In this document: one piece after another, positions 1 through 8,690 of the stretch
Position numbering within the stretch: the stretch's first letter is position 1
Layout: each line of letters opens with the position of its first letter
Assembly (NCBI GenBank): GCA_038826135.1
Contig: JAWBON010000014.1
Coordinates: forward strand, 1 to 25,885
Source of the DNA: Candidatus Odinarchaeota archaeon
GTDB lineage: Archaea > Asgardarchaeota > Odinarchaeia > Odinarchaeales > Odinarchaeaceae
DNA length: 25,885 nt
Reading direction: 5' to 3'
Position numbers and translations under genes: made by a program
The notes under the pieces: generated by a model
The model's input: the letters and a program-made list of their open reading frames with translations, nothing else
Databases searched by the model: none
What the model was told of the DNA's origin: nothing

Positions 1-265
1 GCAGTTTAGCGATCTTTTTTATAATCGTAGACTTGGATTCAACTCTCTTAATTAAAAGTCTACCAGATTCGCTCCACCAGCACGCCGGATACCGCGCATC
101 CCTGTCAACTTCAAAAGAGTACTTAAGAGCACCAGCCGCCTTGATCAAATCATTAAGAGAGGGGGATTCAACAGCGTGTTTTAAAGAAACTCTTCTACCC
201 ATCCCCCTAGAAACAGACTTATCAAAGTACTGAGGCCAGATAATAACGAAGTCTTTCCGCTTCAT
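1..265 (-). CDS. srp19: Signal recognition particle 19 kDa protein (3' end runs off the window; absent from the ORF track)
   Basis: Manual minus-strand translation from ATG at 265: MKRKDFVIIWPQYFDKSVSRGMGRRVSLKHAVESPSLNDLIKAAGALKYSFEVDRDARYPACWWSESGRLLIKRVESKSTIIKKIAKL. It has the SRP19 motifs IWPxYFD..SR..GRRV and YP..WW...GR. AGGTG lies just upstream. No stop before the window edge. Confidence 0.93.
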   Translation of the reverse strand, partial: MKRKDFVIIWPQYFDKSVSRGMGRRVSLKHAVESPSLNDLIKAAGALKYSFEVDRDARYPACWWSESGRLLIKRVESKSTIIKKIAKL

Positions 266-329
266 CTCAACACCTTTAAAACTTAATTGGTATAAGCATA
301 TATTCATAAGTTTTATAAGGTTGATTACA

Positions 330-713
330 TTGCATGAGTTTTCAACAGCGCAAGCGATAATAAATACAGTAATGGATGCTGTGAAAAAGTATTCGTTTGA
401 AAAAATACTTGAAATAAACCTGGAAATAGGCGAATTCACATTATTAAATTACTCCCAGCTGCGTTTCGCTTTGAAAACACTCTCAAAAGACACAGTTGTT
501 GAAGGGGCTAAAATTATAATAAAAACATTACATGGCGCGTTGAAATGCGCTGAGTGCGGTTATGAGGGGAGATTAAATAAGCGAGTATCTAAAACCCACT
601 ATTCTACACTACTACCGCAATTTCAATGTCCAAACTGTCAATCAATGAAAACTGATATTATAGGCGGCAGAGAAATGAATATAAAAAATATAAAGCTTAA
701 ATTAAAAACCTAA
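330..713 (+). CDS. hypA: Hydrogenase maturation nickel metallochaperone HypA
   Basis: TTG at 330 gives the canonical N-terminal M-H-E (MHEFSTAQAI); the track starts at 321. Also LEIGEFT, two Zn-binding CxxC (CAEC, CPNC) and a C-terminal GGREMNIKNI. Confidence 0.92.
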   Translation: MHEFSTAQAIINTVMDAVKKYSFEKILEINLEIGEFTLLNYSQLRFALKTLSKDTVVEGAKIIIKTLHGALKCAECGYEGRLNKRVSKTHYSTLLPQFQCPNCQSMKTDIIGGREMNIKNIKLKLKT

Positions 714-797
714 AGAACAGCAACTTTACCTGTTCATCATTACGTTTTTTTCAAAATCGGCGACCGACTCTCTATAATTTAAAACAATTTTCACTGA

Positions 798-1184
798 TTA
801 CGCAGCTACAATCACACCGTTAAGGGTTCCGTGCTGACCTGGTCTGCTTGTTATTCTCACATTACCCTTCTCTGTTTTTACAATTGCACCTCTAGTTATT
901 ATACGCTTCCTGTGCAAATCTAAAGAAGCATTATTAGATACAACATCTAAAATTTTAAGTTTGAATGTTTTTTTAGTCTGAGGATCTGTCACGTTTACAT
1001 AAATATCTTTTATAAGCTTCACTTTCTCAGAGCCGCCGCGAACACGAATCATCTTTCTCAAAGGCTCAGCGCCCAGTGTTGTCGAAGCCGGAGTTCTACC
1101 CATCTCATATCTTCTCTTACCTCTGAAAGATTTTAATTTAGCTCCTGAAGCCTTCCGAGTAGAACGCCCTTGCCAGTTTACCAA
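798..1184 (-). CDS. rps8e: 30S ribosomal protein S8e
   Basis: WQGRSTRKASGAK..RGKRRYEMGR, RVRGG, N..L.RKRIITRGAIV.TEKG.VRITSRPGQHGTLNGV. TTG start with GGAGGT upstream. Confidence 0.97.
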   Translation of the reverse strand: MVNWQGRSTRKASGAKLKSFRGKRRYEMGRTPASTTLGAEPLRKMIRVRGGSEKVKLIKDIYVNVTDPQTKKTFKLKILDVVSNNASLDLHRKRIITRGAIVKTEKGNVRITSRPGQHGTLNGVIVAA

Positions 1185-1433
1185 TTCACATTAACCTCCA
1201 TCATTTTATTATTGGTTGAAACGCCTATTAAATTATAGTAATAATTAAGGCAGTATATTAACTGTTTAAATATTATTAAACTTTACTACTAAAAAGATGA
1301 AAAGTGAAAGTTATTTAGGATGGTAATAGTATAATTTAAAAATCTTAAAAACAAGATTATTAACTAAATAAGATTTAAATCGCTTTATTTAAAAAAACAA
1401 AGTTTAAAATCGTTAAATAACCGGTGTATAGTA

Positions 1434-4400
1434 ATGGTTTACATAAAGAAGCTGGAAATGAAAGGGTTTAAATCATTCGGCGGCGAGAAAGTATCTTTAA
1501 ATTTTGAAAAAGGCTTCACCGCGATTGTAGGACCTAACGGAAGCGGCAAGTGTGTTACAGGGGAGACTCGAATATATTTAGCGAGCGGAGAGATTGTTAA
1601 AATATCAAAACTTGTAAACAGTAAACTTAATGCGGGTTACAAAATTAAATTAAAAGACGGATACATGAGTTATGGTGACGGGCAAGAAATTTTATGCTTG
1701 GATTTAAACGATTTAAGAATCATAAAAAAACCAGTCGCCGCTTATATTAAACGAAGATCCCCGGCAAAGCTTATAAAAATTAAAACACGGTCAGGGAAAA
1801 GTATAACCGCTACACCGTACCATCCTTTCTTTACATATAAAAACGGTTATATTGAAACTATAAGCGCTGAGGATTTGAAAACGGGCGCCTTCATAATAGT
1901 TACGGATGTTATTTCACTCTATGATTGCCCTTTACGGGTGGCGGGAAAATCAGCTGATTCAAGGGGTTTTTTTAATAAATTAAACCAGTTAACGCTCACA
2001 GTAAACGACAGTGAAAAACTAATAAATTCAGACATATATCTAGATGAAGTCACCTATCTTGAAGTTTCACCTTCGAGGGAGCGCTGGGTATACGACCTGT
2101 GTATAGCGGAACACCATAATTTTATCGCGAATAATATTATAATTCACAATAGCAATATTCTTGACGCTTTATGCTTTGTATTAGGTCATTTAAGCGCTAA
2201 AACATTGAGGGCGGGTGCATTCTCGGATTTAATCTACATTGATAAAAAAAATCAGAGCGCGGCTAAAGCAGCCACAGTAACCCTTCACCTAGACAACTCA
2301 GACCAAGGTATACAGGTTGAATCGAAAAACGTAGTTATAACTAGAAGCATCGATGTTGACGGTAATGGAACCTACCAGTTAAACGGTCAACGCGTGACAA
2401 GAGGGCAGATTATAGACATACTTAATTTAGCTGGCATAACACCGGATGGGTATAATATAGTTTTCCAAGGGCAATTAGCGCAAATGGTTTCAATGACACC
2501 TCTTGAAAGACGTTTACTAATAGAGAAAATAGCGGGTATAGCAGCATACGATGAAAAAAAGGAGAAGGCTAAAGAAGAGCTTGAAAAAGCTGAGAATAAT
2601 CTTAACCAAATTAATATTCTTTTAGATGAAATTAAAAACACGAAAGATAAATTATTAAAAGATAAGCAGGATGCTGAAAAATGGCTGAGCATAAACAGTG
2701 AAATAGAGAAACTAGAAGCCAGTATAATTTTCTACGAGATAAGAGAGTTAAACAAGAAAATAGAGGATTCTAAAAAAAGACTGGAAGAAAAAAAGATACA
2801 ATTAGAAGAAGTTGAGAAAAAACAGAAAGATTACAGCGATGAGAGAAGCCGTGCTCAGAAAAGAATTAACGAGATTGAAGAAGAGATAAGAAGCATACAA
2901 GAGAATCAGCTGAATATAATACATCAGTCTATTACTGAAAATAAATCCGAGCAGGCTAGAATAACCCAGGAATTAATCTATAACGATGAGGCTTTCAACT
3001 CAGCTAAAAAAGAATATGAAAGAATGAAACAAGAATTATCAAACTATGAGATAACCCGTGAAGAATCATATAACAAATTACAGGAAAACCGTGAACTTAA
3101 AAAAACATTAGATAATGAAATTTTCAATTTAAACAATGAAATAAACCAGATCACCAATTATATAGCTAATATTGATGCCAGCTTCGAAGATTATACTAAC
3201 AAGTTTAGGGATATAAGAAGTAAACTAAGCTTGAAAGAGGATGAATTGAAAAAACTACTTTTAGAAAACGAGAAAATAGACGGTGAAATCAACGCCCTCA
3301 ATGATAAATTAAAATATTATAATGAAATGTTGTTGAAAAATAGGGAAGGCCCGGATAGCCTCGCAAGTAGGAAAAAAGAGTTTGATGAAAAACTAGCTGC
3401 ACTTCAAAAAGAGAACAGCGTTTTAAACTTAGAGAAAGAGAAAATGGAGAATAAAATAACCCAGTTAAATGAGGAGAGTAAAAATCTCAGCTCAGAGATT
3501 CAAGCCAGAAAAGAAATGCTTATAGAGATTCGAACACGAGTGAACGCTGTTAGAGAGACAGCTAGTAGAGAACCGCTGAGAAACAGGGCTGTTGAAGCAA
3601 TACTGGAATTGAAGAAAAACATGGTAAACGGGATATTCGGAACAATAGCGGAGCTGGGCGCGGTTAGCTCTGAATATGTTAAAGCTATAGAAGTAGCAGC
3701 CGGAGGAAGATTAGACTACATAATTGTGAAAGATGATGAAACAGCAGCGAAATGTATTTCATATTTAAAAAATAAACGCATAGGGCGGGCTTCATTCCTA
3801 CCTTTAAATAAAATAAAACCCAACACTGTGAGAATTAATAATGAAAAAATAAAAGCCATACACGCTTTAGACGTGGTAAAATTCAAGGATGAGTTTAAAA
3901 CAGCTTTCGAATACGTGTTCGGGAGATCATACATTTTTAATAATTTACAAGAGGCTAGGGCTGTTGAAGAGGATAAAATCCAGAAAGTCACATTAGACGG
4001 TGACCTGATCACTCCATCAGGGCTAATGGTAGGCGGATACTACCAAACACCTGTCAAATTCACTTTAGAAGAGGAGCGGAGAATACCCGTTATAGAGAAG
4101 GAGATCCACGAGTTAAACACTAAACTTAACGATTTAAAGGAGCAGAGAGATAGAGAAATCGAAAAAAGTAATCGAATTAACATTAAACTCAGAGAATTAG
4201 ATAAAGAATATAATCTATTACTAGGCCAGAGCACAAGTCTCAACATAAGACTCAGCGAGTTAGATGCTTCAATTCAAGAGTTTCAAAAACAGATAGAAGA
4301 AGTTGAAAAACAACTCGCTGATAAAAATAGTGTTAAACAAGATTATGGGAGAAGACTTGAATTATTAAACAGGGAGATTAATAATCTTAAAAACGAGTAC

Positions 4401-5594
4401 GAGGAGATCAGCCAAATACTTGAGAGAAGCGAGGTTTCAAAAGTTAACAGAAGGCTTAAATCATTAGATGAGGAGAGAAATAGAAAAATTTCAACTCTAC
4501 GAGAAATAGATAATCAAATCACAAAGTTAGAAACAGAGGTACACGCTCAAATAGAACCTAAAATAAACGAATTAAAACAATCAATCTTAAACTTAGAGGA
4601 TAAAATACCGGGACTTGAAAAAACCATCCGAGAGAGAAAAGAGACTTTATCTGAACTAGAAAAGAGATTAAAAACATTAGACGAGGAAAAAACTAATGTT
4701 AGTAAAGAAGTTGAATTATTACAAGAAGAGAAAAAAGAACTGATTAAAAAACTAACGCTAATAGATGAAAAATTAGTAAATCTAGATAAGGAGAGAAACT
4801 CTTTAAACCTTGGAATTGCGAGAATGACCGCGAACCAAGAGACATACACATCACAGATGAATGATTTAAAAACCCGGGCTAAAAACTATCCCACTGATGA
4901 AATAAGGCTAGCAGATAACTTGGATGTTGAAAACATAAAGGTTAAAATCTCAGAACTGAAACAGGAGAAAAACCTCTTAGAACCTGTAAACCAGAAGGCG
5001 ATACAGGAATACGAGGGCGTGGAGAAAAGATTCGAAGAGCTTAACAGTAGAAGAATGAAGTTAATCGTTGAGAGAGATACTATACTTAAATTCATGGATG
5101 AGTTGGAAAGCGAGAAGACGAAAGTCTTCATGAACACCTACAGGGCGGTTGATGAAAACTTTAACAGAATATTCTCCCAACTTTCACCAAACGGTGAAGC
5201 GCATCTAGAATTAGAAGACAAACTACACCCGCTGCTCGGAGGGGTTAGAATAAAAGCTAAACCAGCTGGAAGAGAGATAGGCTATCTGGAGTCTATGTCA
5301 GGCGGGGAGAAATCGCTAACCGCATTAGCATTAATTTTCGCAATACAGCAATATCAACCAGCTCCATTCTACATATTCGACGAGATAGATTCCGCTTTAG
5401 ATAATGCTAATGTTGTAAAAGTGGCTGACCTAATAAAAGAGTTCTCAAAATACTCACAATTTATTGTAATAACATTAAGGGATATTATGATGGCTAGAGC
5501 TGAGAACCTGTTCGGCGTCACTAAAAGTAACAATATTTCTAAAATAGTGTCAGTGAAATTAGAGGAGGGAGTAAAATATGCAGAACGACAATGA
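1434..5594 (+). CDS. smc: Chromosome segregation ATPase SMC (intein-containing precursor, 1386 aa)
   Basis: Walker A GPNGSGK|S split by an insertion, Q-loop IVFQG, long coiled coils, hinge (GIFGTIAELG, AAGGRLDYIIV, GRASFLPL, TLDGDLITPSGLMVGG), signature MSGGE, Walker B FYIFDEIDSALD. Followed by scpA and scpB. Confidence 0.97.
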   Translation: MVYIKKLEMKGFKSFGGEKVSLNFEKGFTAIVGPNGSGKCVTGETRIYLASGEIVKISKLVNSKLNAGYKIKLKDGYMSYGDGQEILCLDLNDLRIIKKPVAAYIKRRSPAKLIKIKTRSGKSITATPYHPFFTYKNGYIETISAEDLKTGAFIIVTDVISLYDCPLRVAGKSADSRGFFNKLNQLTLTVNDSEKLINSDIYLDEVTYLEVSPSRERWVYDLCIAEHHNFIANNIIIHNSNILDALCFVLGHLSAKTLRAGAFSDLIYIDKKNQSAAKAATVTLHLDNSDQGIQVESKNVVITRSIDVDGNGTYQLNGQRVTRGQIIDILNLAGITPDGYNIVFQGQLAQMVSMTPLERRLLIEKIAGIAAYDEKKEKAKEELEKAENNLNQINILLDEIKNTKDKLLKDKQDAEKWLSINSEIEKLEASIIFYEIRELNKKIEDSKKRLEEKKIQLEEVEKKQKDYSDERSRAQKRINEIEEEIRSIQENQLNIIHQSITENKSEQARITQELIYNDEAFNSAKKEYERMKQELSNYEITREESYNKLQENRELKKTLDNEIFNLNNEINQITNYIANIDASFEDYTNKFRDIRSKLSLKEDELKKLLLENEKIDGEINALNDKLKYYNEMLLKNREGPDSLASRKKEFDEKLAALQKENSVLNLEKEKMENKITQLNEESKNLSSEIQARKEMLIEIRTRVNAVRETASREPLRNRAVEAILELKKNMVNGIFGTIAELGAVSSEYVKAIEVAAGGRLDYIIVKDDETAAKCISYLKNKRIGRASFLPLNKIKPNTVRINNEKIKAIHALDVVKFKDEFKTAFEYVFGRSYIFNNLQEARAVEEDKIQKVTLDGDLITPSGLMVGGYYQTPVKFTLEEERRIPVIEKEIHELNTKLNDLKEQRDREIEKSNRINIKLRELDKEYNLLLGQSTSLNIRLSELDASIQEFQKQIEEVEKQLADKNSVKQDYGRRLELLNREINNLKNEYEEISQILERSEVSKVNRRLKSLDEERNRKISTLREIDNQITKLETEVHAQIEPKINELKQSILNLEDKIPGLEKTIRERKETLSELEKRLKTLDEEKTNVSKEVELLQEEKKELIKKLTLIDEKLVNLDKERNSLNLGIARMTANQETYTSQMNDLKTRAKNYPTDEIRLADNLDVENIKVKISELKQEKNLLEPVNQKAIQEYEGVEKRFEELNSRRMKLIVERDTILKFMDELESEKTKVFMNTYRAVDENFNRIFSQLSPNGEAHLELEDKLHPLLGGVRIKAKPAGREIGYLESMSGGEKSLTALALIFAIQQYQPAPFYIFDEIDSALDNANVVKVADLIKEFSKYSQFIVITLRDIMMARAENLFGVTKSNNISKIVSVKLEEGVKYAERQ
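1551..2150 (+). mobile_element. Mini-intein (200 aa) in the SMC Walker A motif
   Basis: The in-frame insert starts with Cys (CVTGETRI, block A), has block B ITATPYHPFF and block F VYDLCI, ends NFIANNIIIHN (block G) and is followed by Ser +1. Removing it restores GPNGSGKSNILDAL. No LAGLIDADG motif visible. Confidence 0.95.
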
Positions 5595-6303
5595 CAGTGA
5601 ACCCTTCTGGCTTCAACCCCCCTGGATAATATTAACAGACACTTTAAAACTTAAAAAAATAAATCTTTGGAATATTGAAATAGATTACTTAGTTAAAGGC
5701 TTCTTAGAAAAAATGTTACTTCAAGATATGGTGAACTTCAGAGTATCAGGTTTAGCGCTTTTCTCAGCTTCATTACTATACCGGTGGAAGACTGAAACCC
5801 TATTAAAAAAAGATGAAGAGCAAGATTTAGAGCAAACCCCGATAGACGAGGAGTTTAAACTGTTACCACCGATAATCCCACCATTCCGACAGACTGCTAG
5901 AGGAATATCAATAGGAGAACTTTTAGTAGCTTTAGAGAAAGTATTGAAAGAGGAGGCTTCAGGTAAGCGGAGAACTTTGTTGAAAAAAAACATTTTAGAA
6001 AATATTCAACCACTTATATACGCTATAGACCCTGATAAAACACAGATTGAGAAGACTCTAAAAAATATTTATGAATTAATTAAGAAAAAAGCCGCTACTG
6101 ACAGGGTTGTTAAATTTTCAGATATATTACCTAGTAGGGAGAAAATGGAGATCGTGAAAACGTTTTTCTGTATTCTGATACTCGGATTTAGAGGTTACAT
6201 TGACGTCTGGCAGGAGGAGGAGTTCAGTGAAATATTCATAGAACTATTAAGAAATGAGGATGAGATAATACTCGGTGAGAGAAATGCCAGAACTGAAACT
6301 TAA
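5578..6303 (+). CDS. scpA: Segregation and condensation protein A (kleisin)
   Basis: N-terminal kleisin pattern (INLWNIEIDYLVKGFL..NFRVSGLALFSASLLYRWKTETLL) and C-terminal winged helix (IVKTFFCILILG..IDVWQEEEFSEI). Overlaps the smc stop by 17 nt. Confidence 0.88.
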   Translation: MQNDNDSEPFWLQPPWIILTDTLKLKKINLWNIEIDYLVKGFLEKMLLQDMVNFRVSGLALFSASLLYRWKTETLLKKDEEQDLEQTPIDEEFKLLPPIIPPFRQTARGISIGELLVALEKVLKEEASGKRRTLLKKNILENIQPLIYAIDPDKTQIEKTLKNIYELIKKKAATDRVVKFSDILPSREKMEIVKTFFCILILGFRGYIDVWQEEEFSEIFIELLRNEDEIILGERNARTET

Positions 6304-6844
6304 ATCAAAGGTTGAAGCAGCGTTATTTGTAGCGGGAAGACCTTTGAGTCTAACTGATATTTGCAGAGCGGTTAATTTTGAAGACGAGAAAGAGATAGCG
6401 AGAATAATCGAAGAGCTTAGATTAGAGTACCAGAATAGGGAGAGTGCGCTTGAGATCACTTTAACTTCAAATAATAAATACGTTCTTCAACTTAGAGCCG
6501 TATTCCCAGATATTGTCTCTAAGCTAGCACCACCAGGGCTTTTAACACTCGGCGCTTTAAAAACACTCTCTCTTATAGCTTTAAAACAGCCTGTAAGACA
6601 GAATGAAGTGATTAAAATAAGGGGAAGCCACGCCTACAAGTATATACATCAACTTGAAGAGAAGGGATTTGTAGAAGGCACGCCTGACGGCCGTTCAAAA
6701 ATTCTTAGAACCAGCACTACATTTGCAGATTACTTCGGGCTTGATTATGATTTAAAAAAATTAAAAATGCAGCTTAGATGGAAAATGAAGAAAGAGGGGA
6801 TATCACCGGAGTTAGTTAATACTTCTGAAGTGGATGAAGGTTAA
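6284..6844 (+). CDS. scpB: Segregation and condensation protein B (kite subunit)
   Basis: VEAALFVAGRPLS, LKTLSLIALKQPV, IRGSHAYKYIHQLEEKGFV, TSTTFADYFGL. ATG 6284 follows GGTGA; the track starts at GTG 6275. Overlaps scpA. Confidence 0.93.
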   Translation: MPELKLKSKVEAALFVAGRPLSLTDICRAVNFEDEKEIARIIEELRLEYQNRESALEITLTSNNKYVLQLRAVFPDIVSKLAPPGLLTLGALKTLSLIALKQPVRQNEVIKIRGSHAYKYIHQLEEKGFVEGTPDGRSKILRTSTTFADYFGLDYDLKKLKMQLRWKMKKEGISPELVNTSEVDEG

Positions 6845-6885
6845 CGAATTTAAACTTTTAGCTTTTTAATCAAGTAACCGATAGG

Positions 6886-6893
6886 TTTAAATA
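6886..6893 (+). promoter_or_regulatory. Putative TATA box of the ECF S-component/DUF4430 unit
   Basis: TTTAAATA about 50 nt upstream of ATG 6945. The surrounding DNA is AT-rich, so specificity is limited. Confidence 0.45.
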
Positions 6894-6914
6894 CTATTTA
6901 CCATTATTTACGTG

Positions 6915-6936
6915 TAGTAGGAAAATTTTCCTACTA
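6915..6936. promoter_or_regulatory. Perfect 22-bp palindrome, candidate operator or 5'-leader hairpin
   Basis: TAGTAGGAAAATTTTCCTACTA equals its own reverse complement. It lies between the putative TATA box and ATG 6945. Confidence 0.6.
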
Positions 6937-6944
6937 GTGACGAC

Positions 6945-7526
6945 ATGACAATTGAAAAAACAAGCGCACTAAAAATAGAGGATTTAAAAATAAATAAAAC
7001 GTTAGAGTTAACTATAACCGCCCTCCTATCAGCACTAGCAATAGCTCTCAGACTATTCAAACATTTGATATTGGGCCCAATACAGGTCATAAATATACCA
7101 GCCGCTATAAGCATAGTTACTGCGTTAATTCTCGGCGGGATAGCCGGCGCAAGCGTTGGTTTAATATCAATAATCGGCTCGGATCTAATTCTAGGATTCG
7201 GATTGTGGACAATAGTTACATCACTATTCTTAGTAGCCATAAGTATCTTAATAAGTACACTAAGAAATAAGTTAGCAGACCGCACCCAACTTTTCTCAAT
7301 ACTCATAGTGATATTATTTATAAATGACGTGTTCACGTCAACAATACTTTACATGATTTTAGGCTTTGAATTCAACACCGCTTTAATTACTAGTATAATC
7401 GGTTTATTCCTTCCTGCCGGAGGCGGGTATATGATAGCTCCAGGGCCTATAACAGAGATCTCAACATCATTACTAGTCGTCACTATTAAGCCTGTAATAA
7501 AAAAAGCAATATTAGAGGTGACCTGA
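6945..7526 (+). CDS. ECF-transporter S-component-like integral membrane protein
   Basis: About 190 aa with roughly six hydrophobic segments. The pattern ALLSALAIALRL...INIPAAISIVTALILGGIAGASVGLISIIGSDLILGFGLWT resembles S components. Substrate not established. Confidence 0.7.
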   Translation: MTIEKTSALKIEDLKINKTLELTITALLSALAIALRLFKHLILGPIQVINIPAAISIVTALILGGIAGASVGLISIIGSDLILGFGLWTIVTSLFLVAISILISTLRNKLADRTQLFSILIVILFINDVFTSTILYMILGFEFNTALITSIIGLFLPAGGGYMIAPGPITEISTSLLVVTIKPVIKKAILEVT

Positions 7527-7528
7527 AA

Positions 7529-7951
7529 ATGAATAAACAACAAACCAATTTTTTAACCGCTTTGTTATTAATTCTATCTTTAGGCTTAGCTTCCACAACA
7601 ACCTACTTTTATTTTCAATCAGAGCAGTATAAAAATTCATACAATAATTTAGTTGGGGAAACCATCCGGATAAACATTGGAATAGACTATGCAAACGGAA
7701 CTGTTGAATGGCATAATAATACACTTGCACCAAAAAATATAACCGCGCTTCAAGCTACCATACTAGTTGCCGAAGTAAACTACACTATGTATTCATTCGG
7801 CCCTTTTGTAACAGGAATAAATGGTGTTGAAGCAGCAGGTACCATGTACTGGGCTCTCTATTATAATGGGGAGTATTCGATGATTGGCGCAGGCGACCTC
7901 TATCTTCTATTCGGGGACACTGTCAAATGGGTGTTTGAGAGCTGGGCTTAA
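7529..7951 (+). CDS. Membrane-anchored DUF4430/transcobalamin-C-terminal-like protein
   Basis: An N-terminal hydrophobic anchor, then FVTGINGV...YWALYYNGEYSMIGAGDLYL..GDTVKW, the typical DUF4430 pattern. Starts 2 nt after the S-component stop. Confidence 0.75.
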   Translation: MNKQQTNFLTALLLILSLGLASTTTYFYFQSEQYKNSYNNLVGETIRINIGIDYANGTVEWHNNTLAPKNITALQATILVAEVNYTMYSFGPFVTGINGVEAAGTMYWALYYNGEYSMIGAGDLYLLFGDTVKWVFESWA

Positions 7952-8056
7952 AGCCGGTCATTATGCATAACATAAATTATAAAATACTTATTTTTTTAAC
8001 TTAAATAAAACTTTATTATCATAAAATTTCAGATAATTATAAAGTAAGAATTAAAG

Positions 8057-8638
8057 GTGACTTTTTTGGATATACTTGACGTTATGGAATTAATTATAAT
8101 AAAAGAATCAGGGCGAATAGGCAGATACACATTAAAAGACGCTCTTGGAATTTCAGAGGGGAAAACCCGCAGCATGCTCAAAAAACTTTTAAATGAAGGT
8201 TTAATAAGCGCGGGACCGTTAGGCGCATCTTTAACCAGTAAAGGAGAAAAAGAGTTGAATCAAAAACTCAGAGAATTAAATATTAAAAAATATCTTTTTT
8301 CACCGCAAACGATACTTGATACAAGTTTAAACCATTATATTTTCCAAATGGTGAACTTTCAAATTGAAAACACGAAATTAATCCAGCTGAGAGATGAGGC
8401 GATAAGAGGGGGGGCTTCAAGCGCAATATTCATATTATATAATCAGGGTAAACTAACGGTCCCGGGCGTCTACAATAATTTAGCTGAAGTTGATGAAAAA
8501 ACATGTTTACTGTTAAAAAATAATTTTGAACTATCTGAGGGCGATCTTTTAATAGCAGCGTCGTCAAAAAACCGCTGGCTAGCTTTAAAAGGATGCCTCC
8601 ACACAATTCAGGCTTTAACCAAAAATACATTAAGATGA
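8057..8638 (+). CDS. Winged-HTH protein with DUF4443-like C-terminal domain, putative regulator
   Basis: N-terminal GRIGRYTLKDALGISEGKTRSMLKKL (wHTH-like). The C-terminal QLRDEAIRGGASSAIFILY..GKLTVPG and L.EGDLLIAASS recall archaeal DUF4443 proteins. Confidence 0.6.
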   Translation: MTFLDILDVMELIIIKESGRIGRYTLKDALGISEGKTRSMLKKLLNEGLISAGPLGASLTSKGEKELNQKLRELNIKKYLFSPQTILDTSLNHYIFQMVNFQIENTKLIQLRDEAIRGGASSAIFILYNQGKLTVPGVYNNLAEVDEKTCLLLKNNFELSEGDLLIAASSKNRWLALKGCLHTIQALTKNTLR

Positions 8639-8656
8639 AGTTGCGACTTAAATAAA

Positions 8657-8669
8657 TTTTTTAAAAAAA
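8657..8669. terminator. Possible bidirectional oligo(T) terminator
   Basis: T6 directly followed by A7, between convergent stops at 8638 and 8691. Confidence 0.35.
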
Positions 8670-8690
8670 TAGAGAACAGCGTTAACAGTA

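Noticed and set aside
33-233. 66-aa plus-strand ORF in the track
   Set aside because: It is a shadow of srp19, which has clear family motifs on the minus strand.
1185-1433. AT-rich intergenic region with short inverted repeats (AATCTT/AAGATT, TTATTTAG/CTAAATAA) as a replication origin
   Set aside because: No ORB-like repeats or cdc6/orc1 nearby. Short arms are expected by chance, and divergent promoters explain the region.
1551-2150. Homing endonuclease within the SMC intein
   Set aside because: Only about 45 aa lie between the splicing regions, with no LAGLIDADG or HNH motif.
2387-5137. Several minus-strand ORFs (68-101 aa) inside smc
   Set aside because: Ser/Phe/Leu-rich antisense shadows of the Glu/Lys-rich coiled coil, with no motifs.
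6845-6944. Cobalamin riboswitch upstream of the ECF S-component
   Set aside because: The region is too short and AT-rich, and no B12-box or conserved core is visible.
6908-7733. Minus-strand ORFs overlapping the ECF S-component and DUF4430 genes
   Set aside because: Antisense shadows with no recognisable motifs; the plus-strand genes are well supported.
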